The notes under the pieces were generated by a model that was given only the letters and a program-made list of their open reading frames with translations, was not told the DNA's origin and ran no database searches. DNA of 64,000 nt, from assembly GCA_051418015.1 (NCBI GenBank), contig JBPRGF010000017.1, positions 256,001-320,000 on the forward strand, given 5' to 3'. A program made the translations under genes and the position numbers. This DNA comes from Candidatus Nitrospinota bacterium M3_3B_026 (GTDB lineage Bacteria; Nitrospinota_A; UBA7883; JBPRGF01). Shown here in pieces: positions 28,491 through 38,340 of the stretch (its first letter is position 1; every line of letters begins with the position of its first letter).

Positions 28491-29270
28491 TCATCCCCTC
28501 CACCTTTTGGACTCCAGAGACCTCATGCTCAGGAACATGAAAAACACCGTAAACAACAGGTAGTAAAGCGCGTCGGAGGTGTCCACCACCCCCTTGGCGA
28601 AAGCGTAGAAGTGCGAGTTGAACGACAGGTACTCCAAGACCGCGGCCATCCCCTCCCCCACATATCCTATGGAAAAGCCAAGCATGTAGAAGATAAGAAG
28701 GGCGGCGAAGGAAAGGACGGCCGCCACTATCTGGTTCTCCGTCAGCGAGGACATGAAAACCCCCAGGGAGATGAAAGCCGCCCCCATCAGGAGAAGGCCC
28801 AGGTAGCCGGAGGCTATCACCCCCCACTCCGGGTCACCGAAAAACTCCACCAGGATCACACAGGGCAGGGACAGAAAAAGCATGATGACGAATATACCCA
28901 TGCAGCCCGCGAACTTGCCCAGGATCGCCTCGGCGTCGCGCACGGGGTAGGTGAGCAGAAGCTCCATCGTTCCGGACTTTTTCTCCTCGGAGAAGACGCG
29001 CATGGTAAGCATGGGCAGCATTATCAGCATCACCGTGCTCACCACCCCGAAAAAGGGGCGTATCACGTACTCCGTCACGTTCAGCGCCCCGTACTGGCTG
29101 GCCGCCATGGGGTTCGTCTGCGCCTGGAACGATATGGTGCTGAACGAGGCGAATATGTTGTAAAAGAAGTTGCCCGTGAGGACACAGAATATGGTTATCA
29201 CCACGAAAGCCACGGGAGAGTTGAAATACGACCTGGCTTCCTTGGTCAGAATGAAAAAAAAGTTCCTCAT
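28491..29270 (-). CDS. GldF-like ABC-2 permease
   Basis: KEARSYFNSP, LTMRVFSEEKKSGTMELLLTYP, SSLTENQIVA. Confidence 0.9.
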   Translation of the reverse strand: MRNFFFILTKEARSYFNSPVAFVVITIFCVLTGNFFYNIFASFSTISFQAQTNPMAASQYGALNVTEYVIRPFFGVVSTVMLIMLPMLTMRVFSEEKKSGTMELLLTYPVRDAEAILGKFAGCMGIFVIMLFLSLPCVILVEFFGDPEWGVIASGYLGLLLMGAAFISLGVFMSSLTENQIVAAVLSFAALLIFYMLGFSIGYVGEGMAAVLEYLSFNSHFYAFAKGVVDTSDALYYLLFTVFFMFLSMRSLESKRWRG

Positions 29271-29273
29271 GCC

Positions 29274-30212
<939 letters not shown>

Positions 30213-30357
30213 CGGGAAATGACTTGCCCCCCCATCTATTTTGTGAAACTGATCACCAATGCCACGTTTTCAGTGTACCAATTCGATCTCATCCCTGGTA
30301 CATCCGAGTTACAGTCGGTAGATACAAGCAAAACCCGTGCGAAAATCGCGGCACGGC

Positions 30358-30395
30358 AAAAAAAATCCCCGGCTCTCGATAAAAGAGCCGGGGAT
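30358..30395 (-). terminator. Rho-independent terminator
   Basis: ATCCCCGGCTCT-loop-AGAGCCGGGGAT next to an A-run. Confidence 0.8.
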
Positions 30396-30421
30396 ATGAA
30401 TATCGCTCTGGCTGCGTGGAC

Positions 30422-31525
30422 CTACTTCGTGTCCACGTCCCAGTCACCCGTGGCCAGCGTGCCGGCGTCGGAGGTCTTGTCGATGCTCACACCGACCTTG
30501 GACGAGGAGAGCCTGCCGCCGCCGATGGAGTCGTAGCCACCCCTCAGGCCGCCGCCGCGGCCGGCCATGTAGCCCTCGAGCTCAAGCTCCTCGTTCATGT
30601 CCTGGAACCGCATGTCCTTCTCGGCGTTGGCCGCCGTCACGTCATCCGGATCAAGCGTGTACTTGGGCGTGGCCAGCGTGCGGATGAAGGCCACCGTGTT
30701 CCAGATGTCCTGATCCTGCAGAACGTTGCCCCAGGGAGGCATCGCCGCGGAGAGGTTGCGCGCCTCGCCGCCGCCCTTTATCACCCGGAACAGGTCCAGG
30801 TTGGAGATGTAGTTGGTGTACTTGCCGTTGGTCAGGTTCCGCGGGCGGGGGTCAAGAGTGGCCGCCGTGGGGCCGTCGCCCTTGGCCGTCCAGCCGTGGC
30901 AGTGGATGCAGTAGAACGAGAACCAGTGCGCCCCCTGATCCGGGTCGGCCCCGGGGATGGGGGTCTTGTTGTCGTGCCTCGGGCGGGTCACGCTGTTCCA
31001 CTGGTTTACCCAGTTGTCGTAAGACGCGCCGAGCTTCGTGGCGCTCGGGTCACGGAACCAGACCTCCGTCACGCCGGTGTTGTTGCCCCAGCCGGAGGCG
31101 GTGTTGTTGTACTGACCCGTCCACCGGTTCTCCCGGAACCGCTTCTCCATCAGGTCTTCCAGCGGGCTTTTGATCTTGGCCTTTATTTTAAAGGTCTTTT
31201 CGTTGATCTTGTCAGGGTCGGAGGCGACCTTGCCCACGCCGGTCAGGTAGTCGAACCCTTCCACGCCGTAGGTCGAGTCGCCGGAGCCTTTCTCCTTGAG
31301 CTTGTACTCGAAGCTCTCCACGTTGGCCGCGTCGGCTTCCCGACCGAAAGCCTCACGGTGTTTCATGGCTTCCTCGACGGACAGGTCACCCTCCTTCTTG
31401 GCCGCATCAAGCTCGGCCTTGGACTTCTTCCGCGCCGCCTGAGCGTCCGGCGCCGTCACTATCCCCGACGCCAGAAAACCAAGCGCCAGAGCCCACAGAA
31501 AATACGGCTTTATCAATCCCCTCAT
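30422..31525 (-). CDS. Secreted monoheme cytochrome c with long N-terminal extension
   Basis: AGGAGG RBS and ATG at 31525; signal peptide; CIHCH, PRPRNLT, AMPPW. Confidence 0.88.
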   Translation of the reverse strand: MRGLIKPYFLWALALGFLASGIVTAPDAQAARKKSKAELDAAKKEGDLSVEEAMKHREAFGREADAANVESFEYKLKEKGSGDSTYGVEGFDYLTGVGKVASDPDKINEKTFKIKAKIKSPLEDLMEKRFRENRWTGQYNNTASGWGNNTGVTEVWFRDPSATKLGASYDNWVNQWNSVTRPRHDNKTPIPGADPDQGAHWFSFYCIHCHGWTAKGDGPTAATLDPRPRNLTNGKYTNYISNLDLFRVIKGGGEARNLSAAMPPWGNVLQDQDIWNTVAFIRTLATPKYTLDPDDVTAANAEKDMRFQDMNEELELEGYMAGRGGGLRGGYDSIGGGRLSSSKVGVSIDKTSDAGTLATGDWDVDTK

Positions 31526-31604
31526 CGGTCGCCTCCTAATCTTGAAAACATGTATAACTGTTGATACACAATCTGATAGCCATTGACAGACGCTCATTAC
31601 AAAA

Positions 31605-31620
31605 AGCAACTTGTGTACCT
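31605..31620 (-). promoter_or_regulatory. Putative sigma-54 promoter
   Basis: Minus strand AGGTACACAAGTTGCT = GG-N10-GC, 80 bp upstream of the cytochrome c start. Confidence 0.6.
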
Positions 31621-31920
31621 CGAAACCTCTGTTTTCAACGGGTTCTGCAGACCCCGGCAAGATGTAACAGAAATGATGCGAAGACGGACGGCTGTAAGGA
31701 CGGTTTCTCAAAGAGAAAATGACGGATCCTCTTCATGCCCGCGATTTGGTGACAATTTTTGTCTGCGGGAGCCGGACCCTAACTTTTAATTTTTTAACGT
31801 CTTTTTGGCGGAGCAGCCTTGCACACAATACCGTCTTTTCACCATTTTGTTTAAACATAACATTCAATCAGAAGAGCCCGGAACGCCGTGTATCAGGGAA
31901 GTGACAGCCTCGCCGGAGAG

Positions 31921-32541
31921 CTAATACAGGGTGACCGATTCACGGTTCAGGATACAACCATTGAAATACCACTGTTCGTCCACGTTGTAGACGCGGACGC
32001 TCTTTTCGGACCTGATTTTTCCCAGGGAGCAGGTATAGGAGGCCGATTTCAGCTTTTTCCCCTCCAGCTCCGGCGCGGCGCTTTTGTCCTTGTACTCGAC
32101 GGAGACGGGGACGGTGACGGTGAGAGCTTTTTCGTAATCGGCGTTGACAGGGTCGTCGCCCACGGGTTTTATCCAGCTCGCCTCGCCGACGGAGACGCTG
32201 GCCGACGCGGGGAAAAAGTGTTTCTCCGCCCATTGTATCCCCGGGGTGAAAACCGCGCGGGCGGCCTCGTACTCGGCCTTTCGCTGCTCGTAGTTTTGCC
32301 GCAGCATCTCATCGACGTCCCCCACGTCCGTGTTCTCAAGATACCGGGCCTGCCGGGCGGTGACACGGTTGAGCTGGTAAACGGCGGCGAAGTCGTTCTT
32401 CTGTATGGCCTCTATATATTCCGCCGTCGTCTTCTCCGGCTTGCCGGGGATCCTGTCGTGGCATGACGCCGACAGGACCGAGACCGCGGCCGCCACGGCC
32501 AGCCAGCCCGCGCCCGGCCTACCAGACCACCTGGGGCTCAT
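31921..32541 (-). CDS. Hypothetical lipoprotein
   Basis: Lipobox-like LSASC; overlaps the cytochrome b gene end. Confidence 0.7.
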   Translation of the reverse strand: MSPRWSGRPGAGWLAVAAAVSVLSASCHDRIPGKPEKTTAEYIEAIQKNDFAAVYQLNRVTARQARYLENTDVGDVDEMLRQNYEQRKAEYEAARAVFTPGIQWAEKHFFPASASVSVGEASWIKPVGDDPVNADYEKALTVTVPVSVEYKDKSAAPELEGKKLKSASYTCSLGKIRSEKSVRVYNVDEQWYFNGCILNRESVTLY

Positions 32542-33673
32542 ACCAGTGCCTTATCATCCAGCGGTTGTCCAGAAGGAGCGGGTTCCTCACGGTGTCCTTG
32601 TACGTGACCGGTGGTATCCCCATCCTCTCTCCCATGGCCCTGTTGTGGCAGCTGTTGCATCCCATCCACGGCGACTCCACGCTGCCCCACACCAGGCCGC
32701 CAAGGAGAGCCGCGAACACCAGCGTTCCCGCGCCGACATAAAGCCCTCCCATCCATCTTAACCTTTTTCCGGAGAGTTTTTCTCTTTCGGACTTCGGTTT
32801 CCGCCTGTTTAAAAACGGCAGGGCCAGGAGGACCACGTAAAAGACCAGCGGAATCCAGAAAAGGTAAAAGGCCCATTCCCGCGGCGGGAAGTACCAAAAC
32901 GGCAGCAGGAACGACACGAGATACCACTCCGGCGCCGGGATGTACTGTCCGTCCATCGGCAGGGGGATAATCTCCGGGTCCTCGGAGGGCACGGGGTATG
33001 TCACGCTCAGCGCCACGACGGCGATGAACAGGGGGATCGCCGCCACGGCCTGCCTGAGAAAGTAGTCCTTCAGCCCACGCTTTTTCAGCCTGGACAGGCA
33101 GTGTATCTCAAGCAGAACGAAGGTGGCCAGCGGCAGGATTATGTCGTGGATCACGAAGTTGCGGGTGGGCGTGTAGGAGGTCATGAAAAAGTCGTAAAGG
33201 TCCTCACCAACAAGGGGAAAGAGCCTCAGCCAGTTGTTGACCATCTCCATGATCCAGTAGCCCTTCCATTCCCAGGGCAGAATGGTACCGGTGATGGTGA
33301 AGGCCACCATCAGCATGAACAGGAAGACGCCGGTTATCCAGTTCCATTTCCGCCCACCCTGGTAGTCCCTGCGGACGTAACCGCGGTACATGTGGATGAA
33401 GGCGGCCAGGACGATGAAAAAAGCGCCGTATCGATGGACGTTCCTGGTGAAGGCGCCGAGCAGCGTTTCGTTGTTGAAGAACTGGACCGTCCGGTAGGTC
33501 TCTTTCAGGGCCGGCTCATAGTAGAAGATCATGTAAAGGCCGGTGACCGCCTGGACGATCACCAACAACAGCGCCGCTCCGCCGAAGTAATGGCGGAAGT
33601 TTATCTTCTTCGGCTTCGCGCGCTCGACGAGGCCCTTCTTTCCGGCCGCCGGGCTTTTCTCGGACACAGCCAC
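32519..33673 (-). CDS. Full-length cytochrome b fused to a C-terminal c-type heme domain
   Basis: QAVTG...YYEP, RNVHRYG...IH, TGTILPWE, VIH...EIH, APEWY, GCNSCH. Confidence 0.9.
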   Translation of the reverse strand: MAVSEKSPAAGKKGLVERAKPKKINFRHYFGGAALLLVIVQAVTGLYMIFYYEPALKETYRTVQFFNNETLLGAFTRNVHRYGAFFIVLAAFIHMYRGYVRRDYQGGRKWNWITGVFLFMLMVAFTITGTILPWEWKGYWIMEMVNNWLRLFPLVGEDLYDFFMTSYTPTRNFVIHDIILPLATFVLLEIHCLSRLKKRGLKDYFLRQAVAAIPLFIAVVALSVTYPVPSEDPEIIPLPMDGQYIPAPEWYLVSFLLPFWYFPPREWAFYLFWIPLVFYVVLLALPFLNRRKPKSEREKLSGKRLRWMGGLYVGAGTLVFAALLGGLVWGSVESPWMGCNSCHNRAMGERMGIPPVTYKDTVRNPLLLDNRWMIRHWYEPQVVW

Positions 33674-33856
33674 GGAAACTTCCCCTCTATGTTTACCTGG
33701 TGAAAACCAAGAGGCCCGTCCTCTTCGGGCCCGGGGACGCGATGGTGGGTCCCCTCCACGCCGCCAGGCTCCTTGTCATTTAAGATTCAGAAAAGATCGA
33801 AAGGATTTTTTCCCGCTCCCCGGAAAGGCGAGCCTCATCCTTGCGCCCGCCGCTCG

Positions 33857-33900
33857 AAAAAAAAGCGGAGCCCGGCCGCGCTTTCGGGGCCGGGCTCCGC
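33857..33900 (-). terminator. Rho-independent terminator
   Basis: GCGGAGCCCGGCC-loop-GGCCGGGCTCCGC next to an A8 run. Confidence 0.8.
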
Positions 33901-33931
33901 CGAGGATCCTTTCGATACCTGTCAGAGAGCC

Positions 33932-34315
33932 CTATTTCTTCTTGGGCTCACACTTGCAAAGCTCGAACAGGTAGCTGACCATCTCCTTTATCTCGTCGTC
34001 GGTCATCACGCCGCCCCAGGGGGGCATCTGGGCGGACTTGCCCACGGCGGGCCCGCCGAGCTTGATCGCCTTGAACACCGTCTCCTCGGTCAACTCTCCC
34101 ATGTCCTTGGCGCTGGTGTGGTTCCTCGGCTGAACCGCCAGGTGAGGGGCGTTGATCCCCTTGCCTGTGCCCGCGCTGCCGTGGCACTGCCAGCAGAAGA
34201 GCTTGTAGTTGTCCGCCGCCGACTCCGCGTGGGCGGGGGAAGCAAGCCCCGCGATCAGAACGGCCCCGGCCGCTATTCCGGCCAGGAGAGCCGTGGATAT
34301 CCTCTTCCTAATCAT
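33932..34315 (-). CDS. Monoheme cytochrome c
   Basis: ATG at 34315 with AGGAGG RBS; signal peptide; CWQCH, QMPPW. Confidence 0.9.
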   Translation of the reverse strand: MIRKRISTALLAGIAAGAVLIAGLASPAHAESAADNYKLFCWQCHGSAGTGKGINAPHLAVQPRNHTSAKDMGELTEETVFKAIKLGGPAVGKSAQMPPWGGVMTDDEIKEMVSYLFELCKCEPKKK

Positions 34316-34329
34316 ATCTTCAACCCTCC

Positions 34330-35004
34330 TTATTTGAACGAGGCCAGGTAGTTGACCAGCAGCTGCAGCGTCTTCTCCTGCATGTTGGGATCGGACCCCA
34401 TCCATATCTTGGGGTCCCAATGCTGCGGATCTTTTATGAAGCTGTACATCCAATCCGGGTTCAGCCTCGCGCCGATGCCCTCGAAAGTGGGGCAGGAGAC
34501 GCCTCCGCCCCTCTTGGGCAGGGTGTGGCAGGCGGTGCAGGGCTGCTTTTTCATCATGGTGAGCCTTGCCCTGGCCTTGCTGAACTTGCCGAGCTTGGCC
34601 ACGCCCGTCTTCATGTCCGGGTCCTTGAGGGTCATCAGGTAGTCCGCCACCGCCTCGGCGTCGGCCTTGCCGAGCTTCGAGGCGCAAAGCGGCGGGTCGG
34701 TGACCTTGTCCTGGTCACCGTCGGTCTTCATGTGGTGGAGATAGACCGTCCCCGAGGGCCGGATTTTCGTCGGCTTCTGCAGGAACCCGACAAGCCAGTC
34801 CCTGTTGAACTTGCTTCCGGCGTAAAAAAGATCCGGCGCCTTCCTTTTCATGACCTCGGCTATGGTCTTGACCGCCGGGCCCTGCATCTTGTGACAGTCG
34901 CCGCACTTATTCTGCTCCACCAAGGCCTTGCCGTCCGCCGCCCAGGAGGCCGGCGCGGCCGCGGCCAGCGAAAGCAGGCCGATAAAGACAATCAGATTTC
35001 TCAT
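34330..35004 (-). CDS. Diheme cytochrome c
   Basis: Signal peptide; CGDCH and CTACH; alternative GTG start at 35019. Confidence 0.9.
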   Translation of the reverse strand: MRNLIVFIGLLSLAAAAPASWAADGKALVEQNKCGDCHKMQGPAVKTIAEVMKRKAPDLFYAGSKFNRDWLVGFLQKPTKIRPSGTVYLHHMKTDGDQDKVTDPPLCASKLGKADAEAVADYLMTLKDPDMKTGVAKLGKFSKARARLTMMKKQPCTACHTLPKRGGGVSCPTFEGIGARLNPDWMYSFIKDPQHWDPKIWMGSDPNMQEKTLQLLVNYLASFK

Positions 35005-35050
35005 ATTCTTCCCCTTCACGAAAAACTTGTAACCAGTGTTCCGTTTAAGC

Positions 35051-36604
35051 TCAGCTCTTTCTCAGGTAGCCCGCGAACAGGAACTGCCCGCCGACCAATA
35101 ACACGAAAACCACCGCCGGGTAAAGCACGATCTCGCTGCCCGTCGTCGGCTTGAGAAGGAGCCACCACCAGGCGGTCAGCGTGTGCTTGGAGCCAGCCTC
35201 GCCGTTGGAGCCGTCCCAGTTGGCGAACGCCACCGGGACGTACTCCCCGGCCATGAACTGGGTGTCCTCACCGGGGGCTCCCCCGGCAAGCTTGCGCTTC
35301 ATCATCACCTTCCAGGTCCCCTCGTGATAAGAGGCCGAGGAGGCGTAGCCCAGGGAGTCCGCGTCACGCTTCTCCCTCGTCCCGGAGCCCGTGGCGGTGA
35401 ACGCCGCGGAGACGTCCCCCCCGTCCACGCTCCCGCTGTTCCAGTAGAGCATGGAGACGGAGTGGGTCTTGTCGCCGTGGCCGAAGTAGGGCTTCTCGGA
35501 CTTGTTCTCGAGGTCCACGGGGGTCTGAATCGCCACCGCGTCCGGCCCCATCTCGCCCCAGGCGATGGCCTCGGCGTCGCTGTCGCCGGGGACGCTCTTC
35601 GTCCTGTCGTCCCAGATCAGCAGAAAGGCCACCTCCTCCTCGTTGAACGCCGCCTTGACCTGTATGAGGTCGTTGGTGGGAGTGAAGAGCCTCTCATCCT
35701 CTATTATCTGCGGCGCCAGGTGGAAAGCCGTGCTCTGCGCGGCGTCCCAGGCGGGATCCTTCTCATCCTTGGGCAACTCGGGCATCTCTATGCCCCTAAC
35801 CACCGTCTCCCCTTCCTTGACCTGCCGTGTCTCGTCGGCCAGGCTCATGACGTAGTTGGCCACGTGCCACCTGTCCTCTTCGGACAGCTTGCCGTTGCCA
35901 GTCTTCTCGGCCTTGAAGGAGGGCATGGGGGTGTTCGGGATCCCGTTGGTCACGCGGGTGTAGATCGCCTCCGGCGTGTGCGGGCCCCGGAAGGTCCAGG
36001 CCTTGGCGAGGTTTCTCGGCCAGACCCTTATCCCGGAGTCCTCCTTGAGCTTCTTTATCATGTTGCCTTTGCCCTCGCGGCCGTGGCACTCCCAGCACTT
36101 GGCGGCGTCGAAGGCCTTCTTGCCCTTCTCGATGCTCTCGGGGGAGCTTTCGATCTTGCCGCTCAAGGATATCTCCGCCGGGTTGTCCGCCCCTTCGAAC
36201 ATATCCGTAAGGGCCTTGATGTAGGCCACGAGGTCCCACATCTCCTGCTCTTTCAACACACCCTCCCAGGCGGGCATCGCCGTGCCGGAAAGGCCCTTGG
36301 CGATGGCGTAGTAAAGATCCTCGTCCCTCGGCACGAAGGCGTCGGGAGGGCTGGTCTTGAACTTGTATATGCCAAAGGAGAAGTCCCTGGGTGGAGGGAT
36401 CATCCGCTCCGCCGCGGGGCCGTCGGCCTCCCCCTCCTTGCCGTGGCACCACCAGCATCTTTTGTCATAGATTTTCTTGCCGTTATCGGCGTTCCCCGGC
36501 TTGGCCTGGGCCGCGCCAGCCGCCATAAGCAAGACCCCCAGTATGAGCGGCAGAACGCCAGCTCCTCTGAAATTTCTCATACCATGTCGCATTTGAGTTC
36601 CCAT
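35051..36604 (-). CDS. Diheme cytochrome c fused to an ethylbenzene-dehydrogenase-gamma (EbdC/NxrC-like) heme domain, with C-terminal TM
   Basis: CWWCH, CWECH; W.D.T, DAVAIQ.P, W.VMMKR.L, AFANWDG...E...K. Confidence 0.87.
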   Translation of the reverse strand: MGTQMRHGMRNFRGAGVLPLILGVLLMAAGAAQAKPGNADNGKKIYDKRCWWCHGKEGEADGPAAERMIPPPRDFSFGIYKFKTSPPDAFVPRDEDLYYAIAKGLSGTAMPAWEGVLKEQEMWDLVAYIKALTDMFEGADNPAEISLSGKIESSPESIEKGKKAFDAAKCWECHGREGKGNMIKKLKEDSGIRVWPRNLAKAWTFRGPHTPEAIYTRVTNGIPNTPMPSFKAEKTGNGKLSEEDRWHVANYVMSLADETRQVKEGETVVRGIEMPELPKDEKDPAWDAAQSTAFHLAPQIIEDERLFTPTNDLIQVKAAFNEEEVAFLLIWDDRTKSVPGDSDAEAIAWGEMGPDAVAIQTPVDLENKSEKPYFGHGDKTHSVSMLYWNSGSVDGGDVSAAFTATGSGTREKRDADSLGYASSASYHEGTWKVMMKRKLAGGAPGEDTQFMAGEYVPVAFANWDGSNGEAGSKHTLTAWWWLLLKPTTGSEIVLYPAVVFVLLVGGQFLFAGYLRKS

Positions 36605-37393
36605 TTAGTGACCTCCCCCTCCTTCCGCCGGCGCTTCCATGGCGCGTGGAGAGTGTCCCGTGTACCAGTAGAGAAACATGATGACCTTCCAGACCTCCTC
36701 CTCGCTGAGCATGTCTTTCCAGACCGGCATCGCGGACAGCCATGGCGTGCCCTCCGAAGGCAGACCGGGTCCGCCCGCGCCGACGCGCCAGAAAACGAAG
36801 GCCTCCGTCAACTGGGCTATCGTCCCCACGTCGACGAAGTTGGCCGGCCTGGGGTTGAAGGCGTCGGCGTAATGGCCCCTGCCCATCATCCTGTCGCCGT
36901 GGCAGTAGAAGCAGTTCTGGTAGTAGACGATACCCCCCTCCTCGATGTACTTGTCGAAGTTCTCCTTGTCCTCGCGCAGAGGATTGTTGAGTGCGAGGAG
37001 GTTGAAACTCTTGTCCCACATCTTTATCGAGGACGGCGGGGCGGGGTGCACCGAGCGCAGCTCCACCGGCGCCTCGAAGGTCGGCTTCACGTACTGGTAG
37101 GTGACATATGCCCCCAGAGCCCCAACCAGGGCTATGGACACGATCCTCAGGGGCAGCTTTTTGGGGTCGGCGTAGATGTCGGCTATGGGACCGATCACCC
37201 CGCTATAGCCCTCGGCGCTGAAGGTGTACACAAGCAGCCCCCCCACCACCACGAAGAACATGTACATCTTCATGACGCTGGTCGGTATCACGGGCCACGT
37301 GCCGTGATGCAGTTTGGAGCCCACGAAGGGTACCCCGAACTTCAATAGCAGGTACGCTATCGCTACGAATAGAACGAACTTGATTATTCTCAT
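36605..37393 (-). CDS. Membrane-anchored monoheme cytochrome c
   Basis: Three TMs; CFYCHG, PRPANF, SAMPVW. Confidence 0.9.
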   Translation of the reverse strand: MRIIKFVLFVAIAYLLLKFGVPFVGSKLHHGTWPVIPTSVMKMYMFFVVVGGLLVYTFSAEGYSGVIGPIADIYADPKKLPLRIVSIALVGALGAYVTYQYVKPTFEAPVELRSVHPAPPSSIKMWDKSFNLLALNNPLREDKENFDKYIEEGGIVYYQNCFYCHGDRMMGRGHYADAFNPRPANFVDVGTIAQLTEAFVFWRVGAGGPGLPSEGTPWLSAMPVWKDMLSEEEVWKVIMFLYWYTGHSPRAMEAPAEGGGGH

Positions 37394-37412
37394 CCTGGCT
37401 TCTCCCGGGCCT

Positions 37413-38270
37413 TTATTCGGTTTCCTCGCCGCCGCTCTCTCCCAGAAGAGCGTCGACTATCATGTTCAACTCGGCCACCATCATCTGGTCAGCGAAGTCA
37501 GGCGGCATCATGTCCGCGTCGAACCCTTCCGCGATGGCGGCGTTGGGGTTGACTATGGAGTCCATGACGAACTCCCTGGCGGACATGCCCTCAACCCGGT
37601 CCCCGGCGCTCTCCGCCATGGTCGTCAGGTCCGGCCCGAGGTCGCCCGCCTCCTCGACTCCTGGAACCTTGTGGCAGGTGACGCAACCGAACTTGTTGAA
37701 AGCCTCCTCGGCGCTGGCGGCCATCACGGGCGCGGCCTCCTCTTCCTCCTCGGCCGGAGCGGCGCCCTCGCCGGTCGGTATCTGTACCGTGACGTCGACC
37801 CCCGAGCTGGACTGCAGGTAGGCGATGACAGCCTTCATCTCCGCCTCGGAAAGGCCGATGGCCCCGCCGGAGACGTCCGGCATGGGGCTCACGGTGTCGT
37901 TGGTCCCGGGTTTGCCGAAACCGGCCACGACATAGGCCGAGGGATCAGTCATCGACTCGTAGATGTACTCCTCCACGTTCGCCGCCTTGCCCTCGTACCT
38001 CGGGTCTTCCAGCCTCTCCTTGGCATGGGGGCCGACCTGATCCAGTATCGGCGCCCTTCCGCCGACAGGGTTGTGGCACAGCGTGCAGGTACCCTTGCCG
38101 TTGAAAATCTTGTCGCCCAGGGCGATGAACTGGTCCATGGTTATCTCCCCGCTGATCTTCGCCTCCTCGGGAGGCGGCGCGGGCACGACCAGCGGGATGC
38201 CGTACGTGGCGTAGCCCACGAACCCCATGATCGCCGCCAAGCTGATTCCGACTATCTTCAGTAGTTCCAT
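37413..38270 (-). CDS. Membrane-anchored diheme cytochrome c
   Basis: N-terminal TM; CTLCH and CVTCH; SPMP, MMPP. Confidence 0.9.
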   Translation of the reverse strand: MELLKIVGISLAAIMGFVGYATYGIPLVVPAPPPEEAKISGEITMDQFIALGDKIFNGKGTCTLCHNPVGGRAPILDQVGPHAKERLEDPRYEGKAANVEEYIYESMTDPSAYVVAGFGKPGTNDTVSPMPDVSGGAIGLSEAEMKAVIAYLQSSSGVDVTVQIPTGEGAAPAEEEEEAAPVMAASAEEAFNKFGCVTCHKVPGVEEAGDLGPDLTTMAESAGDRVEGMSAREFVMDSIVNPNAAIAEGFDADMMPPDFADQMMVAELNMIVDALLGESGGEETE

Positions 38271-38340
38271 CTTCTTCCCCGCCTCTATAGCGCTACCATT
38301 TTGGTGAACATAGTTTTACGGTCCATTCCGCCGGTGGCCT

